A program made the position numbers and the translations under genes. Below, piece by piece: positions 57,594 through 64,000 of a stretch of 64,000 nt of DNA. Numbering within the stretch: position 1 is the first letter of the stretch; each line of letters opens with the position of its first letter. The notes below the pieces were generated by a model. It did no database searches, was not told the DNA's origin, and saw only the letters and a list, made by a program, of their open reading frames with translations. Source of the DNA: SAR86 cluster bacterium SAR86A (GTDB taxonomy: Bacteria; Pseudomonadota; Gammaproteobacteria; Magnimaribacterales; D2472); the NCBI GenBank assembly GCA_000252525.1, contig JH611156.1, positions 102,219 to 166,218 of the forward strand, read 5' to 3'.

Positions 57594-58964
57594 ATGTCAG
57601 ATATTAATATCAATCAAAACGAACAAGCTAGAGAAGCAGAGAGAGCGGTTTTAGGTGGCTTGATGCTTGAAACACAAAGGTTTGATACCGTAATACAAGT
57701 TATTAAAGAAAATGACTTTGATGGCAAGGATCATCAGATAATTTTTCAATCAATGTCTGAGCTTATTGAGGAGAATAAGCCTCTTGACCCATTAACTGTT
57801 TCAGAAAAATTAGATAATAAGAATTCTCTAAATAAAGTTGGAGGAAAAGAATATTTAATTGAATTAGCTACCTCAACTCCTTCTGCAGCTAATCTTGAGG
57901 CATATGCTGAAATTATTAGACAAAGATCAATTACAAGAAAATTAATGAAAGCTAATTCTGATATCTCAGAATTAATATCAAATCCTCAAGGCCAAGATGG
58001 AGTTTCGCTTCTTGATAAAGCAGAGAGCATGATATTTGCTCTAAATGATGAAACCAATAAAAATGATTCAAGCCTTCAGTCAATGAAAGAACTAATTCCG
58101 TCTACTATGGATAGATTGCATGAGCTATCTAATAAGTCAGGAGGGCTGATTGGCTCATCAACAGGATTTAAAGATCTTGATACTAAGCTTCAGGGAGTTC
58201 AAAAAGGTGACTTGATTGTTGTTGCTGGAAGACCAAGCATGGGTAAAACTTCATTTGCAATGAACATTGCTGAAAATGTTTTATTAGATGATGACTCAGC
58301 TGGAGCAGTATTGATTTTTAGTTTAGAAATGCCGGGAGAGTCGCTGACTACTAGAATGCTGTCGGGTATGTGTAAACTTGATCAGCAAAATGTAAGATCT
58401 GGAATGCTTAAAGATGATGAGCTAAGAATTTTACTTCAACAAAGTGAGAAGCTTAAGAATCTTCCTTTGTGGATTGATGATAGTTCAATATTATCCCCGA
58501 TGGAGCTTCGAGCTAAGGCTCGAAGACTTGCAAGGACTGAAGAAAACGGACTGTCATTGATAGTTGTTGATTATCTTCAGCTTATGCAATTACCTCTATC
58601 AACAGAAAACAGAGTTAATCAGATTTCTGAAATATCAAGATCATTAAAGTCTCTTGCTAAAGAATTAAATGTTCCGGTTATAGCACTATCACAGTTAAAT
58701 AGAGCAGTTGAACAAAGACCTAACAAAAGACCAATTATGGCAGACTTAAGAGATTCAGGTGCAATTGAGCAAGATGCAGATGTTATTTTATTTATATACA
58801 GAGACGAAGTTTACAATGAAGACTCTGAACAAGGTAATAAAGCTGAAATAATTATTGGCAAGCAAAGAAATGGACCTATTGGAACGGTTAATTTAACTTT
58901 CTTAAAAGAATATACGCGTTTTGAAAACTTCTCTTCAGATAGTTTTTATGAATCTTTTGAATGA
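57594..58964 (+). CDS. dnaB: Replicative DNA helicase DnaB
   Basis: 456 aa. EAERAVLGGLMLE N-domain, Walker A GRPSMGKTSFA, VVDYLQLM, SQLNRAVEQR. Confidence 0.95.
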   Translation: MSDININQNEQAREAERAVLGGLMLETQRFDTVIQVIKENDFDGKDHQIIFQSMSELIEENKPLDPLTVSEKLDNKNSLNKVGGKEYLIELATSTPSAANLEAYAEIIRQRSITRKLMKANSDISELISNPQGQDGVSLLDKAESMIFALNDETNKNDSSLQSMKELIPSTMDRLHELSNKSGGLIGSSTGFKDLDTKLQGVQKGDLIVVAGRPSMGKTSFAMNIAENVLLDDDSAGAVLIFSLEMPGESLTTRMLSGMCKLDQQNVRSGMLKDDELRILLQQSEKLKNLPLWIDDSSILSPMELRAKARRLARTEENGLSLIVVDYLQLMQLPLSTENRVNQISEISRSLKSLAKELNVPVIALSQLNRAVEQRPNKRPIMADLRDSGAIEQDADVILFIYRDEVYNEDSEQGNKAEIIIGKQRNGPIGTVNLTFLKEYTRFENFSSDSFYESFE

Positions 58965-60019
58965 CAACATTAAATTCTGAGCTATTAATAGATTCAAAAA
59001 TTTTAAGAGAAAACATCTCTTATATTAAAAGCAAGCTTGAAAACCAAACAAATTTTATGTCTGTTATTAAATCTGATGCATATGGACATAATCTTGAACT
59101 TATTATCAAGGATATTGATGATATATCTGATGGTTATGGCGTTGTAAGGATTGAAGAAGCGATAAAAATTAGAAAGCTTTCAGATAAAAAGATTTTATTA
59201 ATGCAAGGCGTCTACACTGATGCTGATTATCAACTGGCCAGAGAAAATAACCTAGATATAGTTGTGCATAATAATGATCAATTCAGTTTGATCACAAAGC
59301 ATAATAACTTCAATAATTTATGGCTCAAGGTAAATACTGGAATGAATAGATTGGGATTAGAAATCGATGAATTTGAAAATATATATGAAAATTTTTTAAA
59401 AAATATTAACTTTACTTTAATGACCCATCTTTCTTCTTCAAATGACAAAAAATCCAAACATAATGCTAAACAGTTTAGGTTATTCGAAGAACTCGTTTCA
59501 AAATTACATTCAAATGTATCTTTAAGTATTGCAAATACAGGATGTATTATGAATTTCCCAGACAAATGTTTTGATTGGGTAAGATGCGGGATTGGTATTT
59601 ATGGTGGATACCTTGATGATGAAAATTTAAAAACTGCGATGACCTTAAGATCTCCAATAGTTAACATTAGAAAAATCAAAGCTGGAGAGGGTGTTGGTTA
59701 TGATGCCAGAGCTGTATCAAAAAAAGAAATGAAAATAGCTTCCGTATATCTTGGTTATGCAGATGGACTTCCAGTAACTATTAAAGATGGCACAAAAGTT
59801 CTTATTAATGACGAACTAGCAAATGTTTTCGGAAAAGTTAGCATGGATTTAACTACAATTGATGTTACTAATTTAGATTGTAAAGTTGGTGATTGGTGTG
59901 AATTTTTTTCACCAAGGCTTTCAATTTCAAATATAGCAAAATCAAATGACTTAATCTCATATTTTTTAATGACAAGTGTTAAATCAAGAGTAAAAAAAAT
60001 ATATAAAAATATTAAGTAA
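58961..60019 (+). CDS. alr: Alanine racemase
   Basis: 352 aa. VIKSDAYGHN with the PLP-binding Lys. C-terminal beta domain. Confidence 0.88.
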   Translation: MTTLNSELLIDSKILRENISYIKSKLENQTNFMSVIKSDAYGHNLELIIKDIDDISDGYGVVRIEEAIKIRKLSDKKILLMQGVYTDADYQLARENNLDIVVHNNDQFSLITKHNNFNNLWLKVNTGMNRLGLEIDEFENIYENFLKNINFTLMTHLSSSNDKKSKHNAKQFRLFEELVSKLHSNVSLSIANTGCIMNFPDKCFDWVRCGIGIYGGYLDDENLKTAMTLRSPIVNIRKIKAGEGVGYDARAVSKKEMKIASVYLGYADGLPVTIKDGTKVLINDELANVFGKVSMDLTTIDVTNLDCKVGDWCEFFSPRLSISNIAKSNDLISYFLMTSVKSRVKKIYKNIK

Positions 60020-60054
60020 TCTGTTATTCTGTTATCCCATCATGATTAATTTAA

Positions 60055-61683
<1,629 letters not shown>

Positions 61684-61688
61684 CCTAT

Positions 61689-62519
61689 ATGAAATTAAGA
61701 AACTTTGAAATTGGAAATAATAAACCTCTTACTTTGATGGGCGGAATGAATGTACTTGAATCTAGAGATTTGGCTATGCAAGTTGCAGAAGATTTTAAAA
61801 AAGTTACTGATAAATTGAATATTAATTATATTTTTAAAGCTTCATTTGATAAGGCTAATCGAAGTTCAATTACATCATATAGAGGGCCGGGATTGGAAGA
61901 AGGGCTAAATATACTGAAAGAGGTTTCTGATGAGTTTGACGTTCCAGTAATTACAGATATCCATGAACCTGATCAAGCTGAACCGGTAAGTGAGATTTGT
62001 GAGGTTATCCAAATTCCAGCTTTTCTAGCAAGACAGACTGATCTTGTTAATGCTGCAGCAAATACTAAATCAATTATTCAATTTAAAAAGCCTCAGTTTT
62101 TATCAGCACCTGAAATGAAAAATGTTGTTGAAAAATGTGCCGCTGCTGGAAACTCAAACATATTACTTTGTGAGCGTGGTAATTCGTATGGATACAATAA
62201 TTTAGTAGTGGATACTCTTAATTTTCAAATATTAAAAAAATTAATGACGCCTGTAATCTTTGACGTAACTCATTCACTTCAGCTTCCTGGTGGACTAGGA
62301 GGCTCAACTGATGGAAGAAGGGAATATGTTCTAAGTCTAGCTAAAGCTGGTATTTCTCAATCAATTGCTGGACTCTTTCTTGAGGCTCATCCAAATCCAG
62401 ATGAAGCAAAATGTGATGGACCATGTGCGCTGCCATTATCAATGCTTGAGGAATTCTTGACTCAAATCAAAGAGTTAGATGATTTTATTAAACAACAAGA
62501 AAATTTAGATATTTCCTGA
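61689..62519 (+). CDS. kdsA: 3-deoxy-8-phosphooctulonate (KDO-8-P) synthase
   Basis: 276 aa. [24 protein letters not shown] and [11 protein letters not shown] motifs. Confidence 0.93.
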   Translation: MKLRNFEIGNNKPLTLMGGMNVLESRDLAMQVAEDFKKVTDKLNINYIFKASFDKANRSSITSYRGPGLEEGLNILKEVSDEFDVPVITDIHEPDQAEPVSEICEVIQIPAFLARQTDLVNAAANTKSIIQFKKPQFLSAPEMKNVVEKCAAAGNSNILLCERGNSYGYNNLVVDTLNFQILKKLMTPVIFDVTHSLQLPGGLGGSTDGRREYVLSLAKAGISQSIAGLFLEAHPNPDEAKCDGPCALPLSMLEEFLTQIKELDDFIKQQENLDIS

Positions 62520-62520
62520 T

Positions 62521-63795
62521 ATGTCTAAAATAGTCCAAGTAAAGGCAATTCAAATATTTGATTCACGGGGAACACCCACCATTTCATGTAAAGTAATTCT
62601 TGATAATGGTATGGAAGGAATTGCTATGGTACCAAGCGGAGCATCTACTGGATCGAAAGAAGCTCTCGAGTTGAGAGATAGTGAAATCAAATATCATGGA
62701 AAAGGAGTTCTAAATGCAGTTGATAACATTAATAACATTCTAGGACCATTAATTGTTGGAAATGATCCCATCCAACAAGAAAAAATTGATCAAAGCTTGA
62801 TAGATCGAGATGGAACAAACGATAAATCACAATTAGGTGCAAATTCAATTTTAGCAATATCAATAGCAGTTTCTCGGGTTGCGGCATCTTTAAAAGGTAT
62901 AAGCCTTCATGAGCATTTCTCAGATTTATATAAAGATATGACTGGTGAAAAACCACAACAATCTTTGCCGATGCCAATGTTAAATATATTGAATGGAGGA
63001 GAGCACGCAGATAACAACATAGATATCCAAGAATTTATGATCATTCCAAGTGGAGCAGAATCTTTTACACAAGCAATGCAATGGTCTTCTGAGGTATATA
63101 TAAATTTAAAAGAAATCTTGCATTCTATGAAGCTTTCCACTTCAGTTGGAGATGAAGGAGGATTTGCTCCTAATCTGAACTCGAATGAAGATGCCATAAA
63201 ACTAATCGAAGAATCGATAATTAAATCTGATCTAAAACCTGGAATCGATATTAATATTGCATTGGATTGTGCAGCAAGTGAATTTTTTAAAAATGGTAAA
63301 TACATTTTAAGTGGTGAGGGCAAGGAATTATCATCTGATGAGTTTTCGGATTATTTAAAAAATTTGATTAGTAAATACCCAATTACTTCAATTGAAGACG
63401 GCATGGATGAAAATGATATTGATGGTTGGAAACTTTTAACAAAAAAAATTGGAAATAAATGTCAATTAGTTGGAGATGACTTATTTGTAACAAATAAAGA
63501 AATTTTAAGTAAAGGTATTAAAGAAGAAATAGCGAACGCTATATTGATAAAATTTAATCAAGTTGGAAGCTTGACTGAAACTATTAGAGCTATAGAGTGT
63601 GCAACTTCTGCTGCATATAAATCAATTATTTCGCACAGATCAGGAGAAACTGAAGATACCACGATTGCTGACCTTGCGGTAGGTCTGGGCGTTGGCCAAA
63701 TAAAAACAGGTGCACCATGCAGATCTGACAGAGTTTCGAAATATAATAGATTGCTTTGGATAGAAGAAGAAAATAATAAGATTCTTCTTAAATGA
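62521..63795 (+). CDS. eno: Enolase
   Basis: 424 aa. FDSRGTPT..., SGASTGSKEALELRD and SHRSGETEDTTIADLAV motifs. Confidence 0.97.
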   Translation: MSKIVQVKAIQIFDSRGTPTISCKVILDNGMEGIAMVPSGASTGSKEALELRDSEIKYHGKGVLNAVDNINNILGPLIVGNDPIQQEKIDQSLIDRDGTNDKSQLGANSILAISIAVSRVAASLKGISLHEHFSDLYKDMTGEKPQQSLPMPMLNILNGGEHADNNIDIQEFMIIPSGAESFTQAMQWSSEVYINLKEILHSMKLSTSVGDEGGFAPNLNSNEDAIKLIEESIIKSDLKPGIDINIALDCAASEFFKNGKYILSGEGKELSSDEFSDYLKNLISKYPITSIEDGMDENDIDGWKLLTKKIGNKCQLVGDDLFVTNKEILSKGIKEEIANAILIKFNQVGSLTETIRAIECATSAAYKSIISHRSGETEDTTIADLAVGLGVGQIKTGAPCRSDRVSKYNRLLWIEEENNKILLK

Positions 63796-64000
63796 AAAAT
63801 TTATTTAACTTTATAATACTAATACTAATTCTGCTTGTCCTTATTCTTTTAGGAAGTATTTTTTTTGGAGATAAAAACTATAATTTGAGAGATAACTTGA
63901 AAATAGAAAACGATCTCCAAAAAAACATTAATCAAGAATTAATTAAATCAAACGAAATTTTAGAATTTGAAATTAAAAATGCAAAAGATTCAAGCGATCA
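63792..64000 (+). CDS. ftsB: Cell division protein FtsB, N-terminal part (3' end outside the window)
   Basis: Not in the ORF track because no stop falls inside the window. The ATG overlaps the eno TGA (ATGA). MKNLFNFIILILILLVLILLGSIFFGDKNY.. is a TM helix followed by a coiled coil. Conserved eno-ftsB adjacency. Confidence 0.7.
   Translation, partial: MKNLFNFIILILILLVLILLGSIFFGDKNYNLRDNLKIENDLQKNINQELIKSNEILEFEIKNAKDSSD

Overview
The window is a visibly AT-rich, very densely packed stretch of core chromosome from a gammaproteobacterium with a streamlined genome. The lineage is not identifiable from sequence alone. A marine, SAR86-like or similar small-genome lineage is only a guess.

Almost every base is housekeeping coding sequence. 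The blocks, in order:
- infB(partial)-rbfA-truB-rpsO-pnp
- two small unknown membrane proteins
- tRNA-Met
- ychF-pth-rplY-prs-tRNA-Gln-ispE-lolB (minus strand), divergent from hemA-prfA-prmC
- a small accessory patch: nitroreductase-selO, and acyl-CoA synthetase-MaoC hydratase
- gatCAB, divergent from mreBCD-yhdP-like
- mgtE-rpoN-lptB-lptA-kdsD (minus strand), divergent from mlaC-ibaG-murA
- degS-like, divergent from zapE
- rplM-rpsI-petABC-sspA
- LpoA-like, divergent from rsmI
- RNase P RNA
- a complete dcw division/cell-wall cluster
- rpsF-rpsR-rplI-dnaB-alr
- pyrG-kdsA-eno-ftsB(partial)

I see no CRISPR array, transposase, integrase, prophage, toxin-antitoxin pair or recognisable defence island, so I cannot honestly claim a new multi-gene system.

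The observations most worth a second look:
1. A full-length canonical ftsZ sits between mraZ and rsmH at the 5' end of the dcw operon, not after ftsA.
2. Four exactly 10-bp-phased GTGTG repeats (a putative MraZ operator) overlap a promoter that would make mraZ leaderless.
3. Two tandem paralogous ~70-aa two-TM proteins of unknown family lie after pnp, separated by a perfect intrinsic terminator.
4. Compaction is extreme: divergent genes have overlapping or 1-nt-spaced start codons, and convergent genes have overlapping stops.
5. mlaFEDB, kdsC, lptC and hpf-ptsN are missing from an otherwise conserved neighbourhood.
6. Several macromolecules are miniaturised or atypical: RNase P RNA with stub P3/P12, MurD with an Arg in the P-loop, and a short YhdP-like protein.

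All homology calls rest on by-eye motif recognition and synteny. No searches were run.
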